A stretch of 64,000 nucleotides of DNA, taken from Polyangiaceae bacterium (GTDB lineage Bacteria > Myxococcota_A > Polyangia > Polyangiales > Polyangiaceae). The notes beneath the pieces were generated by a model, which ran no database searches, was not told the origin of the DNA, and worked only from the letters and a program-made list of their open reading frames with translations. The translations under genes were made by a program, and so were the position numbers. Positions within the stretch are counted from its first letter, which is position 1. Every line of letters begins with the position of its first letter. The stretch covers positions 1 through 64,000 of the forward strand of contig JANRKO010000089.1 in NCBI GenBank assembly GCA_033763455.1. Direction: 5' to 3'. This document shows positions 29,977-40,324 of the stretch, one piece after another.

Positions 29977-31587
29977 ATGACCACACGACGCGAGATCTTA
30001 ACCTTGTTAGTGGGGGCTCCCCTGGCCGCGGAGGCGTGCCGTCGCGGCGATTCCTCAGTCCCTGGGCGCTTCTTGGGGAGCTCACCTGAAGTTGGCCATC
30101 TGTTGCGGAGTGGCGCGGTGCAGGCGCCGTTGAGCCAAAGTAAGCCTGTAGAGGTTGAAGTGGCTATCGTGGGCAGTGGCCCGAGTGGGCTCTCCGCTGC
30201 CTGGCGGCTGGACCAACTTGGGCTGCGAGATTTCCAGGTGTTGGAGCTGGAGCCATGGCTTGGGGGAACCTCCACGTCGGGCATTTCAGCGGTGAGCCCG
30301 TACCCCTGGGGTGCTCACTATGTGCCACTTCCCGGAGCGGAGAATCATGCGTTGCGTCGCTTGCTGCAGGAAGTTGGGGCGCTCAACGATCAAGGCGAAC
30401 CCAGCGAGCGCGCGTTGATTCGGGAGCCCGAAGATCGGCTTTTCTTTGAGGGCAGTTGGCACGAAGGAATTTTCCCCGCCGAAGGTGCGAGCGCACAGGA
30501 TCTCCAGCAACTTCGCGCGTTTGAGGAGGAAGTGCAGAAATGGGTGCGCTACAGGGATCCCGAGAACCGACGGGCGTTCGCGATTCCTCTTGCCCAGGCT
30601 GCTGAGTCGCCTGAGCTCACCCGGCTCGATCAAACTTCTGCGGCGGATTTCTGCACCGCACACGGTTTTAATTCCGAACGCCTGCTCTGGTACCTCAACT
30701 ACTGCTGCCGGGATGATTACGGAGCTACGCTGGAGGGGGTCAGCGCTTGGGCGTTAATCTTCTACTTTGCGGCGCGCATGCAGGCGCCCGGCGGCTCTAC
30801 CCGACCGTTTCTCACCTGGCCCGAAGGCAACGGGAAGCTAGTGAAGCATTTGGCAGCACGTGCCGGGAAACGGGTCAAACCCCGCCAGATGGTGCTCCGT
30901 GTCTCAGCCGACGCTACGAGCGTTACTCTGGAAGTGTTGGATGTGCTGAAAAATCAACGCTACCTCCTGCGCGCTCGTTCCGCAATTTTGGCTATTCCTC
31001 AGTTCGTGATTGCCCGCATGTGGGAGCCCTTTCGTTCGGCTGCACCGGAGTATCTCCGGCAGTTCAAATACAGCAGCTGGTTGGTAGCTAATCTACATCT
31101 CAGAGCAAGGCCCAAGGGGCGAGGCTTCCCTTTGGCTTGGGACAACGTGCTCTACGAAAGCCCCTCTGTGGGGTACGTGGTGGCTACGCACCAAGGCCTG
31201 TCTGACTTCGGTCCGACGGTGTTCACCTACTACCTCCCGCTCACAAACCTTGATCTCGCAGCGGAGCGCCACAAGCTGCTCAAGCTCGATCACGCTACGG
31301 CTTGCGACGCGATTTTAGCGGATCTTGAGCGAGCCCACCCGAACTTGCGAGAGCTCGTGGACCACATAGATGTGTGGCGTTGGGGGCATGCGATGATTCG
31401 GCCGAGTGTAGGTTTTTGGAGCTCTTCCGGGCGTCGCCGAGCTGGGCAACTGCACGCACGGGTGTTTGCCGCGCACTCAGATTTGTCCGGAATTGCGCTG
31501 TTTGAAGAAGCTCAGTATCGCGGCGTGGTGGCTGCTGAAAGTGCGGCCAGGCTTGGCCCGCGTCAGGTAGACCCTCTTTACGGGTGA
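29977..31587 (+). CDS. FAD-dependent (amine oxidase-like) oxidoreductase with twin-arginine-like N-terminus
   Basis: TRREIL; IVGSGPSGLSAAW, LGG, PWGAHY, WGHAM and AHSDLSG..LFEEA motifs. Confidence 0.85.
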   Translation: MTTRREILTLLVGAPLAAEACRRGDSSVPGRFLGSSPEVGHLLRSGAVQAPLSQSKPVEVEVAIVGSGPSGLSAAWRLDQLGLRDFQVLELEPWLGGTSTSGISAVSPYPWGAHYVPLPGAENHALRRLLQEVGALNDQGEPSERALIREPEDRLFFEGSWHEGIFPAEGASAQDLQQLRAFEEEVQKWVRYRDPENRRAFAIPLAQAAESPELTRLDQTSAADFCTAHGFNSERLLWYLNYCCRDDYGATLEGVSAWALIFYFAARMQAPGGSTRPFLTWPEGNGKLVKHLAARAGKRVKPRQMVLRVSADATSVTLEVLDVLKNQRYLLRARSAILAIPQFVIARMWEPFRSAAPEYLRQFKYSSWLVANLHLRARPKGRGFPLAWDNVLYESPSVGYVVATHQGLSDFGPTVFTYYLPLTNLDLAAERHKLLKLDHATACDAILADLERAHPNLRELVDHIDVWRWGHAMIRPSVGFWSSSGRRRAGQLHARVFAAHSDLSGIALFEEAQYRGVVAAESAARLGPRQVDPLYG

Positions 31588-31596
31588 GCGTCCAGA

Positions 31597-32727
31597 ATGT
31601 CGAAGCCTGCCACCTCCACCGATCTCGGTACGCCTTCGTACGGAGGTGGTTGGATATGGAGCCCGCGTATAGATCTTTCGGTGTTTGGCGGAAGTGCGCT
31701 CGGTAGCTTGCTCCTGGTTGGGTTGAACCAAAAGCTGGGTTGGTCGACGGAGCCTTTTCCGGAATGGGCGTGGCTCGTGCTCATCTTGGGCGTGGATGTC
31801 GCCCACGTCTACGCGACGCTATTTCGGACTTACCTCAACGTGAGCGAGCTCAAGCGTAAACCCCTCCGTTACTTCGGTCTGCCGGCAGCATTATACGTGG
31901 CTGGCGTTGCGCTGTTTTACGCAGGAAGTGGGCTTTTTTGGCGCTGCCTGGCCTACTTGGCTGTGTGGCATTTCGTGCGTCAGCAGCTGGGCTGGGTACG
32001 GGTGTATCGGGCTTGTGCGCAGGCACGGACGAAAATAGACGCGTGGATCGATGAGGGCGCCATCTATGCAGCAACGCTGGTTCCAGTCTTTGTTTGGCAC
32101 ACGCGGCTCAACACAGCGCGGTTTAACTGGTTTGTGGCGGGTGATTTTGTTGACGTGGCTGCCACGCTAGCTCCGTTGTTACCTTTGGCATGGGGCGTTT
32201 GGGGTGTTTTGTTGGGCACGTTTGCGTTGCGCCAGCTTGCGTTATGGCACAGCACCCGGCGCCTTGAACTGGGCAAGGTTGTTCTCGTAGCTTCCACAGC
32301 GGCAGTTTGGTGGCTTGGGATTGTGGGCACCAATAGCGATTTTGACTTCACCGCGACGAACGTGCTGGCGCACGGTGTGCCTTACATGTGCCTCCTGTGG
32401 ATGTACGCGCGCGCTCAGGCAAAGCTCGGTGCACGTAGCCTGAGTGCGAGCATCGCCGGGGCGGGTTTTGCGGGGTTTATTGGCGTGCTCTGGGCTTTCG
32501 GCCTTTTGGAAGAATTCGGTTGGGATCGCTTCGTCTACCACGAGCGAAGCTGGCTCTTTGGTGGCAGTACGGCACTTCAGGCACCGTTACTCATCTTCAT
32601 TGTCCCGCTGCTCGCGTTGCCCCAGGTCACCCATTACGCCCTCGATGGCCTGCTTTGGCGGCGTAGCGAGACGTCCGCCGATCCGGCTCAGAAGCTGGCG
32701 CTGGGCATGGCCAAAGGGAGCGATTAA
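31597..32727 (+). CDS. Polytopic membrane protein with conserved His motifs
   Basis: DVAHVYATL, WHFVRQQ, AHGVPY and THYALDG motifs; many TM segments. Confidence 0.75.
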   Translation: MSKPATSTDLGTPSYGGGWIWSPRIDLSVFGGSALGSLLLVGLNQKLGWSTEPFPEWAWLVLILGVDVAHVYATLFRTYLNVSELKRKPLRYFGLPAALYVAGVALFYAGSGLFWRCLAYLAVWHFVRQQLGWVRVYRACAQARTKIDAWIDEGAIYAATLVPVFVWHTRLNTARFNWFVAGDFVDVAATLAPLLPLAWGVWGVLLGTFALRQLALWHSTRRLELGKVVLVASTAAVWWLGIVGTNSDFDFTATNVLAHGVPYMCLLWMYARAQAKLGARSLSASIAGAGFAGFIGVLWAFGLLEEFGWDRFVYHERSWLFGGSTALQAPLLIFIVPLLALPQVTHYALDGLLWRRSETSADPAQKLALGMAKGSD

Positions 32728-32739
32728 CCTAACCCAACT

Positions 32740-34743
32740 ATGGCGGCGCTTGTTCGAAGCTGGGAGCACACACAAATTGGAGACTTGCTTTGGCAGCCAG
32801 ATGCACGCCGAATCGAGAACGCCAACCTCACAAGGTTTTTGGGTTGGTTGCGCGATAAGAAAGGAAAAAAGTTTGACGATTACCAAGCGCTTCACGCCTA
32901 TAGTGTTACGGAGGTTGAAGCATTTTGGCTGGCGCTCTGGGAGTTCTTCGAAATCCGAAGCACCACGCCCGTTGAACGCGTCTTGAGCGCGAGAGTCCTT
33001 CCGGGAGCTCATTGGTTTGAGGGAGCTCACTTAAACTTCGCCGATCACTGCTTGAGTCGGCGCGACGACGCCCTCGCCGTGATAGCCATCTCGGAGGACG
33101 AAAGCCGTCAGCAGATTACCTATAAGGAGTTGGCCGCGTTAGTGGCCCGCGCGCGTGCTGGGTTAAAACGCCTCGGGGTGGGGGTGGGGGATAGAGTGGC
33201 CGCTTTATTGCCCAACGGGCCAGAAGCGCTGATCGCATTTCTGGCCACGGCAAGCCTGGGCGCCATTTGGTCGAGCTGTGCTCCCGAATTCGGAGTCCCG
33301 GCTGTGCTCGACCGCTTCACTCAAATCGAGCCCAAGGTGTTGTTCGCCATCGATGGTTATCGCTACGGGGGCAAAGAATTCAAACGTTTGGAGGCTCTCG
33401 AAGCGATAGTTGCGAAGCTGCCGTCACTTCTTAAAGTGGTGCTGGTAGAGCGAGATGCGGCACCGAGTGAGCTCCCCCGGGCGGAATCCTTTGCCCACTT
33501 CATGAGTGAATCGGCCCCGCTTGAGTTTGAAGCCGTGCCATTTGAGCACCCGCTTTGGATCCTCTATTCATCGGGCACCACAGGCTTGCCGAAGCCCATC
33601 GTGCACGGCCATGGCGGCATCCTTTTAGAGCTCAACAAAGCGCTCAGCTTGCACTGTGACCTCCGAGCCGAAGATCGCTTCTTTTGGTATTCCACCACCG
33701 GCTGGATGATGTGGAATTTTTTGGTGGGTGGTTTACTTGTTGGTTGCACGCTCGTGCTCTACGACGGCAGCCCTGCGTACCCAGATATCTCACGGCTATG
33801 GCGCTTGGCCCAAGATGAAGGCGTTACTTTCTTCGGCGTGAGCGCCCCATTTTTGCAGGCCTGCCAGAAGGCTGAAATTGTACCGGGAAGAGATCTGGAT
33901 CTTTCGCGGCTGCGGGCGATCGGAACAACCGGAGCTCCCCTTCCGGCCGATGGCTTTGGCTGGGTTTACGCCAATGCTGGGGCCACGGCACCCGCCGACG
34001 TGTTGCTCGCGTCGGTGAGTGGCGGTACCGACGTGTGTACGGCCTTTGCCATCTCTTGCCCGCTTCTGCCCGTCTACGCCGGAGAGCTCCAGTGCGCAGC
34101 GTTGGGTGCGAAGCTGGAAGCGTTTGATACCAACGGTCACTCGGTTATCGGGGAAGTGGGCGAGCTTGTCCTCACTGAGCCACTTCCATCCATGCCTCTC
34201 TTCTTTTGGGGCGATACGAATGGCGAACGCCTACGGGATAGCTATTTCTCCGCTTATCCGGGGGTTTGGCGCCATGGGGATTGGGTGGCTATCAACGAAC
34301 GCGGCGGGATGGTGATCTCCGGTCGCTCGGATTCAACCCTCAACCGCGGCGGCGTGCGCATGGGAACGAGCGAATTTTATCGCGTGGTGGAGGCCTTGCC
34401 GGAAGTGGTAGATAGCCTCGTCGTGGATACATCGTCTGTCGACGAGCCGGAGGGAAAGCTCTTCTTATTCCTCGTGCTCGCGCCCGGGCTCACCCTAGGG
34501 GTCGAGCTTGAAAAAGCCATAAAACGCCGGATTTTAACCGAAATATCGCCGCGCCATGTTCCGGATGTACTCCAGCAGATTCTGGAGGTGCCGAGAACTC
34601 TGAGCGGCAAGAAGCTGGAAGTGCCGATCAAGAAGATCCTCATGGGCCAGCCTCTAGAAGGTGCCGTAAGTCGGGACACACTGAAAAATCCTGCCGCCTT
34701 GGAGTTCTTCGAGCGGTTGGCGCTGCGCGCGCCCCGATCTTGA
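32740..34743 (+). CDS. Acetoacetate-CoA ligase
   Basis: YSSGTTGLPKPIVHGHGG, TTGWMMWN, SGGTD, WRHGD, GRSDSTLNRGGVRMG and SGKKLEVP motifs. Confidence 0.93.
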   Translation: MAALVRSWEHTQIGDLLWQPDARRIENANLTRFLGWLRDKKGKKFDDYQALHAYSVTEVEAFWLALWEFFEIRSTTPVERVLSARVLPGAHWFEGAHLNFADHCLSRRDDALAVIAISEDESRQQITYKELAALVARARAGLKRLGVGVGDRVAALLPNGPEALIAFLATASLGAIWSSCAPEFGVPAVLDRFTQIEPKVLFAIDGYRYGGKEFKRLEALEAIVAKLPSLLKVVLVERDAAPSELPRAESFAHFMSESAPLEFEAVPFEHPLWILYSSGTTGLPKPIVHGHGGILLELNKALSLHCDLRAEDRFFWYSTTGWMMWNFLVGGLLVGCTLVLYDGSPAYPDISRLWRLAQDEGVTFFGVSAPFLQACQKAEIVPGRDLDLSRLRAIGTTGAPLPADGFGWVYANAGATAPADVLLASVSGGTDVCTAFAISCPLLPVYAGELQCAALGAKLEAFDTNGHSVIGEVGELVLTEPLPSMPLFFWGDTNGERLRDSYFSAYPGVWRHGDWVAINERGGMVISGRSDSTLNRGGVRMGTSEFYRVVEALPEVVDSLVVDTSSVDEPEGKLFLFLVLAPGLTLGVELEKAIKRRILTEISPRHVPDVLQQILEVPRTLSGKKLEVPIKKILMGQPLEGAVSRDTLKNPAALEFFERLALRAPRS

Positions 34744-34958
34744 AACCCGAAATACGTCGTCGGGGGCTGTGCTGCGTAGTGTACCTGTGGGCGCGTCGAC
34801 TACATGGGCGATTCCGGGCAAGGGCAAGGTAGGGCAGCGGGCGCTCCCCGTAAGATTGCCGCAACGGCCTATGCGGTTGCCGCGCCGAGCGCTGGCTGCG
34901 CCAGCCCTGGGAAGGTACCTATTTCTCGGTATTTTCCCGAGCTCTGGGTGGTCGTTGT

Positions 34959-36743
34959 ATGGTGATCTCGAAGATTGTAAGGCGCCGGTGCAACAAGATT
35001 GCTACCTCAGCGCAAGTTCCCCTCAGTGTGGCCCTCTCCGGATTGTTGAGCGTTTCTTGCGCGGCGGAGGTCTCGAACCCTCGTCCAGGTGGGGCTGCGG
35101 TGGGGTCGCCCGGGCCGAATTCGAGTTCGGGTGGGAACACCAGCAACCCCGTGGCCGTGCCGTCGGGTTCGGTGGGAGGCCCAGTTGGCTCGGTCCCTGC
35201 GAACTTGGGCACCTGCGCTCCGGGTGCAGCCATCGCTCCTCTGCGGAGGATCACCGCCGGGCAGTACGCGGCGAGCGTGCAGGATCTCTTTCGCGGCAAG
35301 ATCGCTCCGAGCGTGCAATTTCCTTCGAGCACGACGACGATTTCGCCGAGTGGTTTCAGTACCGACCCAGAATCCAACGCGGTCACTCAGCTGGCAGCCG
35401 AAGGTATCCTCAAGGCAGCCGAAGATACTGCGGTTGACGTTGGTACCAAGCTAACCGAGCTCCTCCCCTGCGCCGCCACAGCTCCGGATCAAGCCTGTGC
35501 AGGCCAATTTTTGGACGATTACGGCACTCGGGCTTTCCGCCGTGCGCTCACCGCGGATGAGCGTTCGAACTTGCTTGCCGTGTTTTCCGGTTTTTCCGCC
35601 GATGGATTCAACGTGGGTATCGCAGCGATGACCGAAGCGATGCTGCAATTGCCACAATTTCTGTACTTGATCGAAATGGGTACGGCGGACGCTCCCACGG
35701 GCGCGATTCAGCTCACCCCCGACGAAGTCGCCACGCGCTTGTCGTTCTTGCTTTGGGGATCGCTGCCGGACGACGCACTCCGAACTGCCGCTCGCTCAGG
35801 CGGCCTGTCCAGCCCCATGGGGGTGCGTTCGGAGGCCTTGCGCTTGCTCTCGGATGCCCGAGCGAACGGGGCGGTTCAGCGTTTCTTTCGCGAATGGACG
35901 AGCTTTAAGCATCTAGCCGCAAGTTCTCGAACGGCTCTCGACCCCACTTTTTCGGACGCACTCGACGCTTCGATGCAGGCGCAGTTCGACCAGTTCGCAA
36001 GCGACAGTGTCTTCGGAGCCGATCCTTCGCTTGAGCATCTTTTCACGAGCAACTCCGTGCCCGTCGATGCCGAGCTCGCTAAGTTCTACGGAGTTGCCGC
36101 TCCTTCAGGGGCCGGGTTTTCGGCAGTCTCCCTCGACGCCACTCATGCTGCGGGTTTGTTAGGTCTGCCAGCTCTTTTGGGTGGCCTTTCGCACGAGACG
36201 GTCACAAGTATCGTATTTCGGGGTAAATTCGGGTTAACAAAACTGCTTTGTACAGATTTACCGAGTCCTCCCGCCGGGGCAGCGAGCCAATCTCCGGTAT
36301 TGCCCGCGGACGCCACAACGCGGCAAAAATCCGAAGCGCTGCGAGCCAATCCGACGTGTGCAGCTTGCCACAACCTGATCGACAACGTTGGGCTCGGCTT
36401 CGAAGACTTCGACGCGGTGGGCCGATACCGAACCGTGGATGCTCTCGGGAGGCCGGTGGATGCACGGGGGCAGCTTCCAAACGGAAAAGTCTTCAACGGA
36501 GTCGCTGAGCTCGGAACGCTCCTCGCAACTGACCCAGTTGTGGGGCAGTGTTTAGCGAAACAATGGTTCCGGTTTACGTTCAGCCGGCGTGAGTCAGACG
36601 CCGATTCTTGCACGCTTTCAGCCCTCGAAGGAGCGCTTGCTTTGCCTGGCCGTTCCTTGAAGGAGCTCATGTTGGCGGTTGTCTCGCAGCCGGCATTCTC
36701 TGCGCGTTTGGTGCGAGATACTGCGACGGGAGGTGCCCCATGA
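34959..36743 (+). CDS. DUF1592-family multi-domain lipoprotein with CxxCH
   Basis: LRRIT..QY, RAFRR, PQFLY, LSFLLWGSLPDD, CAACH and GFEDFDAVGRYR motifs; exact start uncertain. Confidence 0.88.
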   Translation: MVISKIVRRRCNKIATSAQVPLSVALSGLLSVSCAAEVSNPRPGGAAVGSPGPNSSSGGNTSNPVAVPSGSVGGPVGSVPANLGTCAPGAAIAPLRRITAGQYAASVQDLFRGKIAPSVQFPSSTTTISPSGFSTDPESNAVTQLAAEGILKAAEDTAVDVGTKLTELLPCAATAPDQACAGQFLDDYGTRAFRRALTADERSNLLAVFSGFSADGFNVGIAAMTEAMLQLPQFLYLIEMGTADAPTGAIQLTPDEVATRLSFLLWGSLPDDALRTAARSGGLSSPMGVRSEALRLLSDARANGAVQRFFREWTSFKHLAASSRTALDPTFSDALDASMQAQFDQFASDSVFGADPSLEHLFTSNSVPVDAELAKFYGVAAPSGAGFSAVSLDATHAAGLLGLPALLGGLSHETVTSIVFRGKFGLTKLLCTDLPSPPAGAASQSPVLPADATTRQKSEALRANPTCAACHNLIDNVGLGFEDFDAVGRYRTVDALGRPVDARGQLPNGKVFNGVAELGTLLATDPVVGQCLAKQWFRFTFSRRESDADSCTLSALEGALALPGRSLKELMLAVVSQPAFSARLVRDTATGGAP

Positions 36744-38134
36744 AACAAACTAACCGAATCCCTCGACGTGGCCTTTTGCGTGGTGCTGGCGGCGTCGCGA
36801 TTGGGCTTCCCTTCCTTGCTCAGTCACATCGCTCGGTGCTTGCAGCCCCAGGCTCACATCCCCAGCGTCTAGTAGTGGTGTTTCACGGTCAAGGCACCAT
36901 GCTCGATCGTTTTACTCCAGCGACTACCGGTCAAGGGTTCGAGCTGCCACCGCTCTTGCAGCCGCTCGCTGCCCACAAGCAAAAGCTCACGGTCATTAGT
37001 GGGCTCGACAACAAGGTCGCCTCCGCGATGGGTGGCAATGGCCACAACAAGGCAGGCCGCTCGATCCTTACGGCGCAGACTTTTTCCAATGCGCCCAACG
37101 GCGGAGGCGACAATGGCGATGCCAACGGGCCTTCCATCGATCAGGTGATTGCTAGCCGCATCCAACAGACTGCCCGGCAAAAGTCTGTGGGTCTCGCGGT
37201 TTCTTGCGCGGGGGTCTTTGAGTATCAGCTCTTTTACGCGGGCAAAGATGATCCCGTTGCGGTTCAGGAGGATCCGATTGCGGCTTTCGACAGCCTTTTT
37301 TCAAGCCTCCCCGCGCCCGGCACGCCGGCCCCTGCTCCCAACCTGACGCTGCGTGAACGCTTGCAGGCAGGCCGCGGCAGCATTTTGGACGCAGTTACCA
37401 AAGATTTTGACACCCTGGTGAAGCGGGTCGGACTCGAAGATAGGGACCGATTGCTGCTTCATGCGGAGAAGATCCGCGAGCTCGAGCGCCTGTCTAGCGC
37501 CGTCGGCGTGCCTCCTGCGCAAGGGGTTGCCTGTGGGAAGCCGAACCTCGGATTGGCGCAAGGGTTCGACGTGTGCAATTCGGACCAGGAGCCATTGGTT
37601 GCTCGGGCTCAAATGAAGAATGCAGCAATGGCGCTCGCTTGTGATGTGACGCGAGTGGCGATGGTGCAGTTCACTCATTACCACGACCCAACCTTCAGCT
37701 TCCTCGGCAAGGGGATCCCTGGGTCCTACCCGGATTGGCACTCCATGATTCATCGTGATGGTGGGCTGATGCCTGGCCGTGACGATATGGTTTTTGCTGG
37801 AATGAGTTACTATTCAACGCAAGTTGCCGGGCTACTGGACGAGCTTGCCGCAGTCGACGACGGGGACGGCCAGACGCTATTGGATAACACCTTGGTTCTC
37901 TGGATAAGTGAGTTCGGCGAAGGGGGTACTCACAGCACCAATAAGATCCCTGTGGTGTTAGCCGGTGGCGCAGGCGGGAAGTTGAAGACGGGCCAGCACC
38001 TGAGCTTTGCCAACCAGAACCGAACCACCAACGACCTCTTCGTAACCCTTCTCAATATCTTTGGCGGCACGGACACGACTTTCGGGTTCGGGGGCAGCGA
38101 TCTCAACAAGGGGCCGTTGGCGGGGCTCGTGTGA
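36740..38134 (+). CDS. DUF1552 protein (Tat-like signal)
   Basis: PRRGLLRGAG..LPFL, SIDQVIA, ALACDVTRV and TLLDNT motifs; ATGA overlap with the DUF1592 gene. Confidence 0.9.
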   Translation: MKQTNRIPRRGLLRGAGGVAIGLPFLAQSHRSVLAAPGSHPQRLVVVFHGQGTMLDRFTPATTGQGFELPPLLQPLAAHKQKLTVISGLDNKVASAMGGNGHNKAGRSILTAQTFSNAPNGGGDNGDANGPSIDQVIASRIQQTARQKSVGLAVSCAGVFEYQLFYAGKDDPVAVQEDPIAAFDSLFSSLPAPGTPAPAPNLTLRERLQAGRGSILDAVTKDFDTLVKRVGLEDRDRLLLHAEKIRELERLSSAVGVPPAQGVACGKPNLGLAQGFDVCNSDQEPLVARAQMKNAAMALACDVTRVAMVQFTHYHDPTFSFLGKGIPGSYPDWHSMIHRDGGLMPGRDDMVFAGMSYYSTQVAGLLDELAAVDDGDGQTLLDNTLVLWISEFGEGGTHSTNKIPVVLAGGAGGKLKTGQHLSFANQNRTTNDLFVTLLNIFGGTDTTFGFGGSDLNKGPLAGLV

Positions 38135-39132
38135 TGCCTTATCAACTTTCGCGTTTCGTTCGCTTTAGCGCGTTTCTTGCAGCATTTTCAGCAGTTGGCT
38201 GCGCGAGTGATGCCTCGGGAGCCCGCTCGGCTGGTATGAGCACCGGAGCGTCAGGCTCAAGCTTGGGTGGGAATACGGCCAACAATCTCGGCACGGGCGG
38301 AACAACGACGCGAATAACGGGCGGCACAGGTGGTGTCGGAAGTACAACCGGCGGAAGTTCTTCGAGCGTCGGCAGCAGTTCAGGCGGCATAACGGGTGTT
38401 GGCGGCACAGGCGGGACAAGCAGCGTGGGCGGGACGGGCGGTATGGGCGGAGCTCCACCACCCGCTCCAGGCGTCTGCAACCAAGTCTTCTGTGAGGACT
38501 TCGAAAGCGGCAAGATCCGCCCCGATATCTGGAAGACGGCATTGCGAAGCGGCACAGTCACCGTCCAAAACGAGATCGTCCGCAGTGGGAAGTTCGCCGT
38601 GAAGTTTGAGGTGTCGCGGGCTCCGGGCGACGATCCGCTGGCATGGACCCGCCGGCATGCTCGCATCGACACGACCGCTACCTACCCAACGCTCAAAGAT
38701 CACGCCTGGGGTCGCGCTTACATCCACTTTGCTCCTTCGCTGCCTTTAGTCCACGCGGTCATCATGACCGCCGGACCGTTCGATGGCCGGCACCTCGAAT
38801 CAGGTACCTACCGAGACCCCGAATCCACAGATCCGAGCGGAACTTGGGAGTTGGCTGGCGATATGTCCCACAACACGTTCAAGTGGGAAGGCACAGTCCC
38901 GGTGAACGGCTGGACCTGCGTTGAGTGGGAAATGTCCCTCACGCCTTCGATCAGCTTCGACTGGTACGTCGACGGGAAGCTCGACGCTAGCTATCCCGAT
39001 ATCCCAAGCGGTGCCCCCGAGTTCAACGTGATGACGTTCGGCCTGACCGCATGGCAACGCATCGAGCAAAGCCCGACCATGATGTACATGGACGACTTGG
39101 CTCTCGGGAGCACGCGCATCGGCTGTTTGTAA
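38131..39132 (+). CDS. Lipoprotein with Gly/Thr linker and Cip1/polysaccharide-lyase-like beta-sandwich domain
   Basis: Lipobox AVGC; FCEDFESG, WTCVEW and MDDLALGSTRIGC motifs. Confidence 0.65.
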   Translation: MMPYQLSRFVRFSAFLAAFSAVGCASDASGARSAGMSTGASGSSLGGNTANNLGTGGTTTRITGGTGGVGSTTGGSSSSVGSSSGGITGVGGTGGTSSVGGTGGMGGAPPPAPGVCNQVFCEDFESGKIRPDIWKTALRSGTVTVQNEIVRSGKFAVKFEVSRAPGDDPLAWTRRHARIDTTATYPTLKDHAWGRAYIHFAPSLPLVHAVIMTAGPFDGRHLESGTYRDPESTDPSGTWELAGDMSHNTFKWEGTVPVNGWTCVEWEMSLTPSISFDWYVDGKLDASYPDIPSGAPEFNVMTFGLTAWQRIEQSPTMMYMDDLALGSTRIGCL

Positions 39133-39177
39133 GCCGCTCGTAAGGCTTTCGTCGCGCTTTCTGCAATCTTGTCTACA

Positions 39178-40311
39178 ATGTCTCCCGTGAGAGTCGGGCT
39201 GGCTGTGGACATGAACCTAGGTTACTTTCGTAGCGCGCTTGAGGGCATCGCGAGCTACGCACGTGAGGGCGAACAGTGGGCGTTGGATCATGCTTTGCCA
39301 ACGGCTGCCGGCCTTGAGGGGCTCTTGGAAAGGCGACCCGACGGCATTATCCTCGGCACTACTAACGTTTCCGTATATCCGCTCTTTGAGCGGTTGAGCG
39401 TGCCGGTGGTCAAGCTGGGCATATCTTCGGATGTGCATCTGTTAAGTCAGGTGGGGAACGATAGCTTTGCCATCGGCGAATTAGGTGCCTCCTATTTCTT
39501 GCGCAAAGGTTACCGCAATTTCGCCTTCGCAGCCCTCATCGGCCAAAGGGTGGATCTCCGAGCTCAGGGATTTGTTCAAGCCCTCGAGCGAGTGGGCTTT
39601 TCGTGCTCAGTGCTCGACCAAACAATAGGACCGCAGGAGGTCACGGCTCGAGCTGAAAGACTGGAGAAATGGCTCCTCAGCCTCCCTCGGCCTATCGCGA
39701 TACTGTGCAGCAATGATTTCCAGGGATGGGAGCTGATTGAGTGCTGCTCGCGTCTTGGGATCCGTGTGCCCGAGGAGATGTCGGTGCTTGGGGTCGACAA
39801 CGACTCTACCGTGTGTGCCCTGTCCGCACCGCCTTTGAGCAGTATCCAAACCGGCGCCGAGAGCGTGGGGTACGAAGCCGCGCGCGCTCTAGAAATGCAC
39901 GTGAAGATGCCCGGCTCCCCACCTATTCGGCTTGAAGTCCCTCCTGTTCGTGTGGTGGAGCGTGCCTCTACCGACGCCCTGGCGAACTTAGATCCGGTGG
40001 TGGTGCGATCTCTTACTTACATGCGCGAGAAGCTGAAGTCGCCCACCAGCATCGACCAACTGGCCAAGGAGTTTGCGTGCTCCCGGCGCAAACTTGAGCG
40101 CCTCTTCCGAACCGCGACGGGGCTCGCACCGGCCCAGGTGTGGACCCAGTTGCGCGTAGCTGAGTCCGAACGCCTCCTAGCGGATACGGATCTCAGCATT
40201 GAAGACATAGCCTACGTTGTCGGCTTCAGAGACGGCAGCCAGCTCTCGGCTACCTTTCGAAGGTTAACTGCCCTGAGCCCTACGGCTTTTCGCAAGCGCG
40301 CTCGGCCGTGA
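39178..40311 (+). CDS. XylR-type regulator (periplasmic-binding-protein fold plus AraC HTH)
   Basis: LPRPIAILCSND, VPEEMSVLGVDND and PPLSSI motifs; C-terminal AraC HTH. Confidence 0.9.
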   Translation: MSPVRVGLAVDMNLGYFRSALEGIASYAREGEQWALDHALPTAAGLEGLLERRPDGIILGTTNVSVYPLFERLSVPVVKLGISSDVHLLSQVGNDSFAIGELGASYFLRKGYRNFAFAALIGQRVDLRAQGFVQALERVGFSCSVLDQTIGPQEVTARAERLEKWLLSLPRPIAILCSNDFQGWELIECCSRLGIRVPEEMSVLGVDNDSTVCALSAPPLSSIQTGAESVGYEAARALEMHVKMPGSPPIRLEVPPVRVVERASTDALANLDPVVVRSLTYMREKLKSPTSIDQLAKEFACSRRKLERLFRTATGLAPAQVWTQLRVAESERLLADTDLSIEDIAYVVGFRDGSQLSATFRRLTALSPTAFRKRARP

Positions 40312-40324
40312 TCGGTGCGCCGGG

